The notes beneath the pieces were generated by a model that saw only the letters and a list, made by a program, of their open reading frames with translations, searched no databases and had not been told where the DNA came from. DNA of 64,000 nucleotides. Origin: Truepera sp. GTDB lineage: Bacteria; Deinococcota; Deinococci; Deinococcales; Trueperaceae. The position numbers and the translations under genes are program-made. Location of the stretch: assembly GCA_965218435.1 (NCBI GenBank), contig CBDCKW010000009.1, positions 2,816,001-2,880,000 on the forward strand, given 5' to 3'. Of this stretch, positions 52,139 through 60,875 are shown in pieces (positions within the stretch are counted from its first letter, which is position 1; each line of letters starts with the position of its first letter).

Positions 52139-53488
52139 ATGGATTCTACGACAACTATAGCGAAGAATTGTGATTGTGTATACTGCAAAAACAATAATGA
52201 GTTTAGTTTGTCTAATGAACTATTAGATGCTTTGTTGACTGGTAGAGTTGCGGTTTTCGCAGGAGCTGGAATCAGTACAGAATCTCGGACTGTTTTACCT
52301 GATACGTTTTATGATTTGATAGCAGACCAGCTTGGGCTAACAGGAACATCATTAAGTTTCCCTGAGCTTATGGAGACCTATTGCAGCCAACCGAATGGGA
52401 GATTCAAACTATTACGCGAGATTGAAAATAGATTGGAGTATATTGACTCCTTTCCCGAGTTAAAGGAAGTAGCCTGTAAGTTTCACAACGAGTTAGCAAC
52501 GTTCTTCCCTATGAAGACTATTATAACGACAAATTGGGATACCTATTTTGAAGAGCGTTGCAAAGCTACCCCTTTTGTAGTCGACTCGGACTTAGCATTT
52601 TGGGAAGTTGCTGATAGGCGCGTATTGAAAATTCATGGTTCGGTAAGCAATCTAGGAACTTTGGTCGCAACTACGAGTGACTACGAGGGTTGTCGGGAAA
52701 GACTTAGCACAGGTTTAATCGGTGGACTACTAAAAACTATTTTGGCAACCCAGACAATTATGTTCATTGGCTACTCTTTCTCCGATTCTGACTTCAACGT
52801 CATTTATAATTTTGTCAAGAATCAAATGGCAGGTTTACACAAACAAAGTTATGTAGTAACCCCTTTTCCCAACGATGCTGAAAGATTTAAGGAGATGGGG
52901 CTCATTCCAATACTGACTGACGGAGCGTACTTTTTTGAGCAGATTAAAGAGCATGCAGTAGCTAATGAGCTTATGCTCCCAGACTCAATTTTCGATTCAG
53001 CAGGAGAATTATACGCAGTAGTAAGCGCAGAGCATAACTTGATGCACAAAACAATCAAACTTAAAGATAATCCACAGACAATTTTTTCCGCCTTTTATCA
53101 GGATGGAATCATGCACGCTCTAAGTAGAGCTATTAGGATGAGAGGCACGGGAAAATATTCCAATCCTTCAGAAGTAGTGGGTCCTATCGAAGCTTATCAA
53201 TGCATAAAGAAGGAGAAGAAAAGTCAGGGAGCATACGGGGATGTTGCTTATATTGAGGGGTATGTAAATGCTCTATTTTACCTGGTACTTGACGAAGAGG
53301 CACGTGAACAAATCCCCCTTTACTATGCCTTCGGTTGTAAAGAAGACCTGTATGAGCTTGACGACCTAATAGAGTTCTTACAGGAACATCCAAATGTTCA
53401 TAAAGCTTCACTCAAGCATGCAACTAAAATCTTAAAAACAGTCTCGAATCCCGATTCAATTACATTTCACCACCCTCCCTTACTGTAG
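52139..53488 (+). CDS. SIR2-like (SIR2_2) domain protein with uncharacterised C-terminal domain
   Basis: FAGAGIS, ITTNWD, LKIHG, FIGYSFSD motifs; visibly AT-rich compared with the flanks. Confidence 0.85.
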   Translation: MDSTTTIAKNCDCVYCKNNNEFSLSNELLDALLTGRVAVFAGAGISTESRTVLPDTFYDLIADQLGLTGTSLSFPELMETYCSQPNGRFKLLREIENRLEYIDSFPELKEVACKFHNELATFFPMKTIITTNWDTYFEERCKATPFVVDSDLAFWEVADRRVLKIHGSVSNLGTLVATTSDYEGCRERLSTGLIGGLLKTILATQTIMFIGYSFSDSDFNVIYNFVKNQMAGLHKQSYVVTPFPNDAERFKEMGLIPILTDGAYFFEQIKEHAVANELMLPDSIFDSAGELYAVVSAEHNLMHKTIKLKDNPQTIFSAFYQDGIMHALSRAIRMRGTGKYSNPSEVVGPIEAYQCIKKEKKSQGAYGDVAYIEGYVNALFYLVLDEEAREQIPLYYAFGCKEDLYELDDLIEFLQEHPNVHKASLKHATKILKTVSNPDSITFHHPPLL

Positions 53489-53595
53489 AAAAGGCAGCAC
53501 ACCCAGCTCGCTGCTATGTTTTTGTCAATAGCATAGATAACTAAGCCTTGCACCATTCCTTGAGCCGACGCCAATAGTAGGTTAAGGTCGCAGGC

Positions 53596-53634
53596 CGGTG
53601 TCCTTTCCTGCACTCGTGACTAGAAAGGACACCG
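53596..53634. other. 12-bp perfect inverted repeat downstream of the SIR2 gene
   Basis: CGGTGTCCTTTC ... GAAAGGACACCG. Confidence 0.7.
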
Positions 53635-53688
53635 ACAATAAGAAAGCCGCCCTGCTTATCTTTTAACGTGTCGAGGACGGCCTTAGTT

Positions 53689-53735
<47 letters not shown>

Positions 53736-53898
53736 ATGTGCGGATGGGTAAAGTAGCGAAAGCTAACACAAGGCAGGTGAAACGTCAGGCACGGCATAAC
53801 CCCCTAAACAGGGCATAAAGAGGAATAGAGCGAAAATAGGCATAAAAGACCGCTGTAGCTGTACTTAAGCTGTACGGTGGTTTATGTGCAGGACATAA

Positions 53899-54909
53899 TT
53901 AAGGGCTATTTTTCAGTGCATCTCGCGTCCGCTTTGCTGCCATACGGCACGCTGACCTTTTGGGGTCGCAGACAGTTTGTTTGCCGCGCTTAAAGAATGG
54001 AGTACCGCAGCCTTCGCATATCCCGATAGCAGATACCCCGTTGACTGCCAAGGCGAGTTCGTACCGTACCCACGCCTCCAAGCCGCAGACAGCGTTAAAA
54101 CATCCCGCCCCAAGTGTTATGCGAACATCAGAGTTCTGAAAGTAGCTCCAGTGGTAGGCGTAGAGCTGTTGTGCGGCGCTCTCAGGCGTTTTAGGTAAAT
54201 GCTGATAGCTAAACAAAGAGGCGTTCTTTAGCGCCTCTGCCAGTTCCGGCTCGAGCTTTTTCAACCGTCGTCTACGCAAGTACAGCGACTCGAGTACGGC
54301 CTCTTGAAGCGCCCCATCACGGGCGTTCTCCGGCATCGCCATGTCCGCATAGTCGAACGCCTGTTTGATACGGTAGCGTTCCGGTTTTTTCCCTGCCTTC
54401 CGGGTTATCTCGTCCTCCGCTCGAGCGGCGTTGATGTGCTGAATCAAGAACAGGTGAAACGCAGTCTGCTTAGCGAATCTCTCCCAGCCTCTTAACGTAT
54501 CGCCCCGCTCCGGGTTCATAAGTGCATATGCCGACGACGCCTTAGACACCCGTTCTGGAAATGATGCGTCACCAATATAGCGAGTGAGTCCGGCAACCGC
54601 TTGTGACGGTTTGACCTTTGCTGTGATGTCACCGCTCAGCAGATGAGGTTTTGCGGCGACAAGACGCGGGTAAGAAGCTGAATCCGCAGGAGCGGCACCA
54701 CCGCCCCAACTGAGCGCCGCGTCTGCCGCCGTGCCGTTAGTGAGCGCACTTTCTCCTTTTGGAACTGGGTATTCCTGCCAGAAGCCCGTGAGCTTCACAC
54801 CTCTCGAAACATCCCAGGCCGGAACCTCGTCCGGCGTCTGCGCCCATTTGACCGGGTAGCGGTGGGGTAGGTATGTGACGGTTTGTGTGACGATTATAGC
54901 GTTTTCCAT
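53899..54909 (-). CDS. Hypothetical protein with C-terminal Cys4 zinc finger (CGNR-like)
   Basis: GICEGCGTPFF...VC....SACRMAAKRTR; leaderless ATG after TATGAT. Confidence 0.65.
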   Translation of the reverse strand: MENAIIVTQTVTYLPHRYPVKWAQTPDEVPAWDVSRGVKLTGFWQEYPVPKGESALTNGTAADAALSWGGGAAPADSASYPRLVAAKPHLLSGDITAKVKPSQAVAGLTRYIGDASFPERVSKASSAYALMNPERGDTLRGWERFAKQTAFHLFLIQHINAARAEDEITRKAGKKPERYRIKQAFDYADMAMPENARDGALQEAVLESLYLRRRRLKKLEPELAEALKNASLFSYQHLPKTPESAAQQLYAYHWSYFQNSDVRITLGAGCFNAVCGLEAWVRYELALAVNGVSAIGICEGCGTPFFKRGKQTVCDPKRSACRMAAKRTRDALKNSP

Positions 54910-54950
54910 CGTCACATCATACAGCACAATACAGGAGAAGGAGGCGAAAC

Positions 54951-55166
54951 ATGACAAAAGTTTTGCAAAGAGAAACCGGCGCAGAGAATATGAGCCAGAG
55001 GGAATTAGCGCGTTACTTGAAAGTCAGCGAACCGACTTTGCGCCGCAAGCTAACACAAGCAGACTGCGACCTACCGCACCGCCGATTTGGGAGCCGGTAC
55101 GTTTTCTCTAAAGCCGCTGTGGATGCTTGGCTGGCACGACAGGATGAAAGCGTAGGTCAGAGATGA
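54951..55166 (+). CDS. Excisionase/AlpA-like HTH DNA-binding protein
   Basis: MSQRELARYLKVSEPTLRR...LPHRRFG.RYVFSKAAVDAWL pattern; AGGAGG SD. Confidence 0.8.
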   Translation: MTKVLQRETGAENMSQRELARYLKVSEPTLRRKLTQADCDLPHRRFGSRYVFSKAAVDAWLARQDESVGQR

Positions 55167-55504
55167 CAGTGCCCGCGTCGGGCAACGCGGGCGGGGATAT
55201 GTCCAGTCTACCAAAACGGCGCTTATCGCGGGGCCGCTGGAGAAGGATTGATTACGAACGTGAGTGGGCCGAACACGAAAATCTACGCGCCTGTGAACGC
55301 GCTTTAACGGCAGTTAATGAATACTCCCGTTATCTCGAGAGTTCGCAAACCCGCAAATCATCTAAACCGTCACACACCGCTGCAAAGACCTCAACCGCTG
55401 CAAAGCCCATTGCACGCTTTATGCCCGATGGCAAAGGGCATAAACCCGACCCGTGCAAAGGTGCAAAAGGTGTCTGGGGCCGTGCCCGGAGGGGCGTCCT
55501 ATGA
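55163..55504 (+). CDS. Hypothetical protein
   Basis: ATGA overlaps at both ends, consistent with translational coupling. Confidence 0.55.
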   Translation: MTVPASGNAGGDMSSLPKRRLSRGRWRRIDYEREWAEHENLRACERALTAVNEYSRYLESSQTRKSSKPSHTAAKTSTAAKPIARFMPDGKGHKPDPCKGAKGVWGRARRGVL

Positions 55505-56781
55505 GCCTCTGGGATGTCAGCCGCGTAAGCGACCTACCAACGCAGAGTGAAATCAGTTGGGCGTGGCGTAACTACCTACCGCAAGGGGCCGTTAGCATGT
55601 TAGGCGGCCCCGGCGGTGTCGGTAAAAGCGTTATCGTTGCGGCCCTCGAGGTTGCCATAGCGAGCGGTAAACCGTTCTTAGAGGCTGAAGTGCAACAGGG
55701 CGCAGTGCTACACCTGGACTTTGATACCGACGCACGACTACAGGGGCCGTGGTACGCCCGCGTGTCTACCGGAATGGGAGCGCCGGGAAAGGTTTCTCAG
55801 CTCATTCATTACGCCGCACCTACTGAAGAGGGTTCACCCTTTTTGACGAGAGAACGACTAGAGGCACTTACCGAACTCGTGACGACGCACGCCCCGGTGC
55901 TTATCGTCATAGACGCCTGGACAAGTGCGTTTCCTTATATCCGGTCAAACGATGCTGGGGAGGTCGCTCAGGTGATGGCCGTACTGAGAGAACTCGCTAA
56001 GAGCGGCCCTGCTGTGCTCATACTTGACCATACGCCCAAACCGGTAGCCAACGGCCCCAGCTCCTTAGAGCGTGGCTTACTCGGCTCTACGCTGAAGATG
56101 GCCGGGGCGCGGGCCGTGCATCTGCTCTCACGGGTGCAACCGCGTGAGGTTGACGGGAAAGATGTGCAGCGCCTCGATACCGTAAAAAATAACCTCGCCG
56201 CGATTGGCGAGCCGCTAGGGATAGAACGCATCTGGGGAGACGACGGCGCGGTTACGTTTGCTGTAACCGACCTACCCGAAAGCGAATCACGTACCCCCGC
56301 GCTCGAGCGTGCGGCCCGTTGCATCCGAGACAGCTTGATACAAGAAACGCCCCGGAAAGACCTGCTGAAGCAGGTCATCTATGAAGCTAACGTTTCCGAG
56401 CGCACCGCCGCTTCAGCCTTAGCGCGACTCATCACAGCGGGCGAAATTGAGAAAACTGTGCAAGGGCGTGAAACCCTTTATACACCTATTGCAGCTTTGC
56501 AGAGGTCGCAAAAAGACGATGAGCAAGGGCAGAAAAGCGTGCAAGAGGGTTTGCAGATGTCACTGGATTTGCAGCGGTTTGCAGAGGTTCCGAGCCGTCC
56601 TGCTACGGACACGACCCCGCCGCCCGCAATCCAAGAACTTTACTGCCGCCTGAAAGCTGGCGACTTCAGCGACCGGCCCGACCTGCACCGCGAACTTGGA
56701 GAACTCTTTAGCGCACGCCCTACTGACGCTGCTCAAAAAGCGCGGTTACTCGAGCTGGCCCGACAGACGGGCGTCAACTGA
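55501..56781 (+). CDS. AAA_25/RepA-type (SF4) helicase
   Basis: Walker A GPGGVGKS, Walker B LIVIDAW, ILDHTPK and GS motifs; winged-helix-like C-terminus. Confidence 0.8.
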   Translation: MSLWDVSRVSDLPTQSEISWAWRNYLPQGAVSMLGGPGGVGKSVIVAALEVAIASGKPFLEAEVQQGAVLHLDFDTDARLQGPWYARVSTGMGAPGKVSQLIHYAAPTEEGSPFLTRERLEALTELVTTHAPVLIVIDAWTSAFPYIRSNDAGEVAQVMAVLRELAKSGPAVLILDHTPKPVANGPSSLERGLLGSTLKMAGARAVHLLSRVQPREVDGKDVQRLDTVKNNLAAIGEPLGIERIWGDDGAVTFAVTDLPESESRTPALERAARCIRDSLIQETPRKDLLKQVIYEANVSERTAASALARLITAGEIEKTVQGRETLYTPIAALQRSQKDDEQGQKSVQEGLQMSLDLQRFAEVPSRPATDTTPPPAIQELYCRLKAGDFSDRPDLHRELGELFSARPTDAAQKARLLELARQTGVN

Positions 56782-57017
56782 TGGCCCGCCCAAAGAAACT
56801 CACACAGCCTCGTTTGTTGCCCCGGCTCGAGCCCATCAAACCGGGTGACGGCATCCCTTTTGAATCTCTCGCACCCTACCGTTACCAATGCCTGTGCGGA
56901 CACCGCGCCACAACCCGAACGCCGCTTCCAGCTGTTCAATGCGCCCGTTGCGGCGGCACGATGCGACCCACAGACGATGCCTCACCAAGAGGCCGTGAGC
57001 CGCCGCACCGCCCCTGA
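56781..57017 (+). CDS. Small putative Zn-ribbon protein
   Basis: CLCG...CARCG; start overlaps the helicase stop. Confidence 0.5.
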   Translation: MARPKKLTQPRLLPRLEPIKPGDGIPFESLAPYRYQCLCGHRATTRTPLPAVQCARCGGTMRPTDDASPRGREPPHRP

Positions 57018-57062
57018 TTCGCCTATCAACCCTTCGCCTCTCATACCTTTTGGAGAAATCTT

Positions 57063-57389
57063 GTGAACGAACAGCAAACTTTTGAAACCCGTCACGCCGA
57101 ACTTGACGCCGCACTTACCGACCTTGTTCGGGTCGCCGCAATCCGCGCCCCGGATTCACCGGCCCTCACGACCGCGTTACTCTTGCGTAACTCGGTAAAC
57201 GTTTCGGCTAGAGCCGCAGACCCGGTTCAGCACCGTCAAGCGATGAGTCTACTCGAGTCTTGTCTCTCGCAGGTTCAAGCGGGCAAAACCGAGCTTGACT
57301 TGACCGCACCAAAAGGTCAGCCGACCGTAGGCAGGATAAAAAGCGACCTCCAGCGCACCCTGCCACGCGGCCCCGGTCAACGGGGGTAG
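57063..57389 (+). CDS. Hypothetical protein
   Basis: GGAGA SD before GTG; same orientation as the operon. Confidence 0.55.
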   Translation: MNEQQTFETRHAELDAALTDLVRVAAIRAPDSPALTTALLLRNSVNVSARAADPVQHRQAMSLLESCLSQVQAGKTELDLTAPKGQPTVGRIKSDLQRTLPRGPGQRG

Positions 57390-57453
57390 CCTGTGCTCTG
57401 CTCTCACATACTCCTTAACCCCCTGGCACTGAGGCCGGGGGGGGTAGTGTCTC

Positions 57454-57702
57454 ATGAGCGATAAGAAACGCCGCCCTAGACGTGGTAAAGCTGGCGACCT
57501 TGACGGCTTGAAACGTCACTTATGGGCGGCAGTCCTAACGGCTTCCGAGTTGCTAGATGAGCCTGATTCCGGTGTCCGGTTAAAGGCTTGCCACGCTCTT
57601 TCACAGGCCGCTGCTTCTTACCGCGCTGTGTATGCGGATAGCGACCTAGAGCAAAGGCTGACAGCCCTTGAAGGCAAACTTTCGGAGGACGACGATGGGT
57701 AG
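57454..57702 (+). CDS. Small helical hypothetical protein ending in DLEQRLTALE
   Basis: Basic N-terminus, helical core, coiled-coil C-terminus. Confidence 0.6.
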   Translation: MSDKKRRPRRGKAGDLDGLKRHLWAAVLTASELLDEPDSGVRLKACHALSQAAASYRAVYADSDLEQRLTALEGKLSEDDDG

Positions 57703-58129
57703 CTTGAAGGGGCGCTTAAACCGCCTCGAGCAAAGGAACCGCGCCGCCGAACCCGACCCTCACGCTCGTTGCCGCGAGCTATTTCAAGCTCGTCACTCAA
57801 TTAGCAACCCCTGCGCAACCTGGACACCGCAAACCATTCTCCCTGAATCACGTCCTATTGATGACCCCGCCCTTTATCCACTGCTCTCGTGCTTTGTCGG
57901 AGTTGATTCCGCATGTCCGCACAACCGTTGGGCTGATTACAGCTTCAGGCGTGATAAGCACCTATTCGGGCTGCGTCACCTCAGTGAAGCTGACCTTGAC
58001 GAAGCAGGCCCGCCGGTGTCGCCGGAAGTTCTGGAGCGTCAGCATGAAGCTGTTGCTGCTTTGAGGGAACGGATTACGTTAAACCTGTCTCGCCTCGAGG
58101 CCCGCCTTATCAAAGTAAAAGGAGAGTAA
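57695..58129 (+). CDS. Hypothetical protein starting MGSLKGRLNRLE
   Basis: GGAGG SD before ATG 57695; overlaps the previous stop. Confidence 0.6.
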   Translation: MGSLKGRLNRLEQRNRAAEPDPHARCRELFQARHSISNPCATWTPQTILPESRPIDDPALYPLLSCFVGVDSACPHNRWADYSFRRDKHLFGLRHLSEADLDEAGPPVSPEVLERQHEAVAALRERITLNLSRLEARLIKVKGE

Positions 58130-58131
58130 GA

Positions 58132-58452
58132 ATGCTTCAATTTCAGCTTGACCGTCTCAAGAACGAAGCCAGAGCTGCACTCGAGAGCTATCTAGACCGC
58201 TTGACCTTACCGGAACTTCAAGGTTTTGACCCGACTCGTCCGCTCGAGCTGACCCTACACGCCTCACTTCGCACGTCCGGCCCGTTACCGCTACAGACGC
58301 TCGAGCTTGTGGCAACGCCGCTTCAGACTCACAAGGTGACGAACCTACTCACATCCGGCGCGACCCCAGAGGAACCGGAGAAGATACAGCCTTTAGAAGC
58401 CTACGTTTCGTCTGAAGACCTTATCCGTTTGGACGACCTCCTAAAATCGTAG
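58132..58452 (+). CDS. Hypothetical protein
   Basis: AGGAG SD; last gene of the rightward operon, followed by a hairpin at ~58471-58500. Confidence 0.55.
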   Translation: MLQFQLDRLKNEARAALESYLDRLTLPELQGFDPTRPLELTLHASLRTSGPLPLQTLELVATPLQTHKVTNLLTSGATPEEPEKIQPLEAYVSSEDLIRLDDLLKS

Positions 58453-58546
58453 ACGCACCAGAGAACGGACGAAGCCTCGGTACGATAACCGGGGCTCTTC
58501 AGTTATGTAAGGCTACTCCTCAACCGGGGGCATGTCCGGGTACGGT

Positions 58547-59170
58547 TTATCTTTGGATAACTGGCAAGTCACTTATTTTTGTAAAAGTGAAAGTACCGTT
58601 TTCGGGGTCGCCAACTGACGTAATTGTAAATTGCCCTTGTCCGGTTATGACCTGCTCACCTCGGCTGTTCGTACTAATCTGACTGTCAGTGTCGAAACCA
58701 ACAAGTTGCACGTAACTGTCGCCGCCCAAATCATTGACCAAACCGACGCCTAGACTGTCACCTGAGTTTAGTTTGTAGGTGCCGATAAGCCCGGTGCCGA
58801 AGGACACGGCGGGCGGTTCACAACCATCTATCCCACATAGCTGATATGCGCCTCGGCTGCCTGTAAACCCGTCAGTTGTGACACTCTCGGTGATGCTGAC
58901 TTGTCCCTGAAGTGAAGTATTAAGCCGGTCAAAATCAAACTCCCAGCGCCATTCGCCGTAGTAGTCCGCCGTAGGCGTCGTGGGGGGTTGTGTCGGCGGG
59001 GTCGTAGGTGGCGTGGTCGGCGGCGTTACGGGCGGCGTGGGTATTGTCGGCGGTGCGGGCGTTGTCGGTGGTGCAGGGTCAACCGGTGGGGTGGGTGTTG
59101 GGTTGCCACCTCCACATGCTGCCAAGAGCAGGGCAAGCGTAAGAGGTAAAGCGATAAGAAAACGTTTCAT
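58547..59170 (-). CDS. Lipoprotein with Pro/Thr-rich linker
   Basis: Lipobox LAAC, PPTT repeats, AGGAG SD. Confidence 0.75.
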   Translation of the reverse strand: MKRFLIALPLTLALLLAACGGGNPTPTPPVDPAPPTTPAPPTIPTPPVTPPTTPPTTPPTQPPTTPTADYYGEWRWEFDFDRLNTSLQGQVSITESVTTDGFTGSRGAYQLCGIDGCEPPAVSFGTGLIGTYKLNSGDSLGVGLVNDLGGDSYVQLVGFDTDSQISTNSRGEQVITGQGQFTITSVGDPENGTFTFTKISDLPVIQR

Positions 59171-59470
59171 GCAAACTCCTTTGTGTAGGTCTGACCCTCT
59201 GGCATCTTAACTTAATATGAGCAGCTTATGAAAGCACGATAACGCATCTCTAGCTATTGGTTATCAAGTTTTTTCACATGACGTGTTTGAAATGCCTACC
59301 GTCACCTTTAGCGTTCGTGTTGGTACGGCTGCATGGAAGAGCCCCAGCCAAATGTTGGGGCTCTTTCTCTGTTGGAGGAGCTACGCTTTGGCCTTACCGA
59401 CGCCAAGCATCACCGTATCGCTAAGCTTACGACCGTAGCTTTCGGCCTCGGCATTAAGCTAGAATCACGT

Positions 59471-59956
59471 ATGCGCCGAAACAACGTCATACTGTCACTG
59501 CTGTTTATCCTTGCGGGCTGCCTACCTACCACCCAAAGCGACGGCTATAAATATCAAACGGATATTGAAAGCCTTTACAACGCGGTTCAGTCCATCGCAC
59601 AAGATTTGGTAGACCAAACTGAGGGTTATAAACTCGAAATCCGGTCGTTTGACGCCTACACCAACCTCGTTATCGGTTTTAGTGCTCCCCAGTCAAGGGT
59701 AGACATACCCTTCTCAATTAACGGTGTTCCGGGCGGCAACATCCCAGTAAGTCTTAGTGGCAGAGGCGGCGAAATCACCTCTATATTCACTGCTACAGCA
59801 AATGATGAGGCAGCAGTAGATTTTTCCATACGTGACCCCAACAGACCGCGTAGAACATCTGAAGGGTCGTTTTATCAAGATAGGGTGCGAGATGCCGGAC
59901 GGCCCTTTGTCGAAGAGATTATCAGGCGTTTGGACGCTCAGTTTAAGCGACTGTAA
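59471..59956 (+). CDS. Lipoprotein of unknown function
   Basis: MRRNNVILSLLFILAGC lipobox; leaderless ATG after TAGAAT. Confidence 0.65.
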   Translation: MRRNNVILSLLFILAGCLPTTQSDGYKYQTDIESLYNAVQSIAQDLVDQTEGYKLEIRSFDAYTNLVIGFSAPQSRVDIPFSINGVPGGNIPVSLSGRGGEITSIFTATANDEAAVDFSIRDPNRPRRTSEGSFYQDRVRDAGRPFVEEIIRRLDAQFKRL

Positions 59957-59988
59957 AAAGACCGTCTGCATAGCTGCAAACATAGGCA

Positions 59989-60013
59989 GACCCCCGGTTC
60001 GTCACCGGGGGTC
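59989..60013. terminator. Terminator between convergent units
   Basis: GACCCCCGGT/ACCGGGGGTC perfect stem followed by a T-rich tract. Confidence 0.75.
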
Positions 60014-60028
60014 CTTCTTTCTTAAGTC

Positions 60029-60367
60029 CTAAGCCGCTTCTCTATAGCTTCCTGTCTCGAGCACTCTTACGCTATACTTTGCCAAATCCCACTCGAGCCG
60101 CGCTCCCTCAAACGCACACCGGGCCTCTGTCAGCGCGTCCTCAGCTTCAGCAAGCGCGGTGTACTCAGCACCCAGCTCGAGCCTAAGCTTAGCTGTCCGC
60201 TCCCGTTCGTTCTTACCATCAACGCCTTCACACGGCTTCAGGGCTTCACGCAGCTCGAGCCCGCGCTTGGCTTCAGCATGGGCTGTGACCGCGCCGCACA
60301 GGTTGATTTGAGCATCCTCTAAACCGTTCTTAGCGGCTGTCAGTTGAGATAAGAGAGGGGCAATCAT
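60029..60367 (-). CDS. Coiled-coil hypothetical protein (GKNERER motif)
   Basis: Ala/Glu/Leu-rich heptads; ATGA-coupled to the upstream acidic ORF. Confidence 0.65.
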   Translation of the reverse strand: MIAPLLSQLTAAKNGLEDAQINLCGAVTAHAEAKRGLELREALKPCEGVDGKNERERTAKLRLELGAEYTALAEAEDALTEARCAFEGARLEWDLAKYSVRVLETGSYREAA

Positions 60368-60528
60368 GCCGCCTCTCCCCAAAAATCATAGTCAGGCAGC
60401 TCGTCTTGAATGATAGGGGGCAGCTCATCCTCTGCCCCGTCCTCTTCAGCCAGTTCTGCGTAAAGCGCCTGCAAATCCTCTTCACGGTCGCTATACATCT
60501 CGACATCGGCAAAGGTAAAGGGGCTCAT
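60364..60528 (-). CDS. 54-aa highly acidic protein (not in the ORF track)
   Basis: MSPFTFADVEMYSDREEDLQALYAELAEEDGAEDELPPIIQDELPDYDFWGEAA; TAATG overlap upstream and ATGA overlap downstream. Confidence 0.7.
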   Translation of the reverse strand: MSPFTFADVEMYSDREEDLQALYAELAEEDGAEDELPPIIQDELPDYDFWGEAA

Positions 60529-60734
60529 TAAAGAGCCCTCGCTGCGACACGTACCGCTGCTTTAATCGTCGTGTGCTTGGAAACGCAGGTAAAGGTAGCG
60601 TCTAAAACCTCCCAGACCGTGCCCCAAGTTTGCAGCGTGCCGACCGTAACGCCGTTACGCTCTAAGTCATACGCCTTGACCGGGGTGCGGTAGCTTGCGC
60701 CGTCTTGCTTGTGGAGGGTGATGGTATTGTTCAC
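60528..60734 (-). CDS. Small hypothetical protein
   Basis: First gene after the leftward promoter; coupled to the acidic ORF. Confidence 0.6.
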   Translation of the reverse strand: MNNTITLHKQDGASYRTPVKAYDLERNGVTVGTLQTWGTVWEVLDATFTCVSKHTTIKAAVRVAARAL

Positions 60735-60804
60735 GTTGAACCAACTTTCTCTGTGGGTTTTTAGAGGGCGCTCATCTTGGCGGGTGTACGTCCTCTAATG
60801 CCTT

Positions 60805-60833
60805 ATAGTATCATGTCTATAGACATATGTCAA
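60805..60833 (-). promoter_or_regulatory. Near-consensus sigma70 promoter with a palindromic operator in the spacer
   Basis: Minus strand TTGACA-17 nt-TACTAT; the spacer contains the perfect palindrome ATGTCTATAGACAT (60813-60826). Confidence 0.8.
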
Positions 60834-60875
60834 CATTTGTGCTATTATCGTAATTAAGAACAGGGAGGTGCTAAC

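Noticed and set aside
58980..59210. Gly/Val-rich ORF on the plus strand
   Set aside because: Antisense shadow of the Pro/Thr linker of the lipoprotein.
60330..60512. ORF-track 60-aa ORF MPMSRCIATV
   Set aside because: The alternative frame 60364-60528 has start/stop overlaps with both neighbours and is the better gene call.
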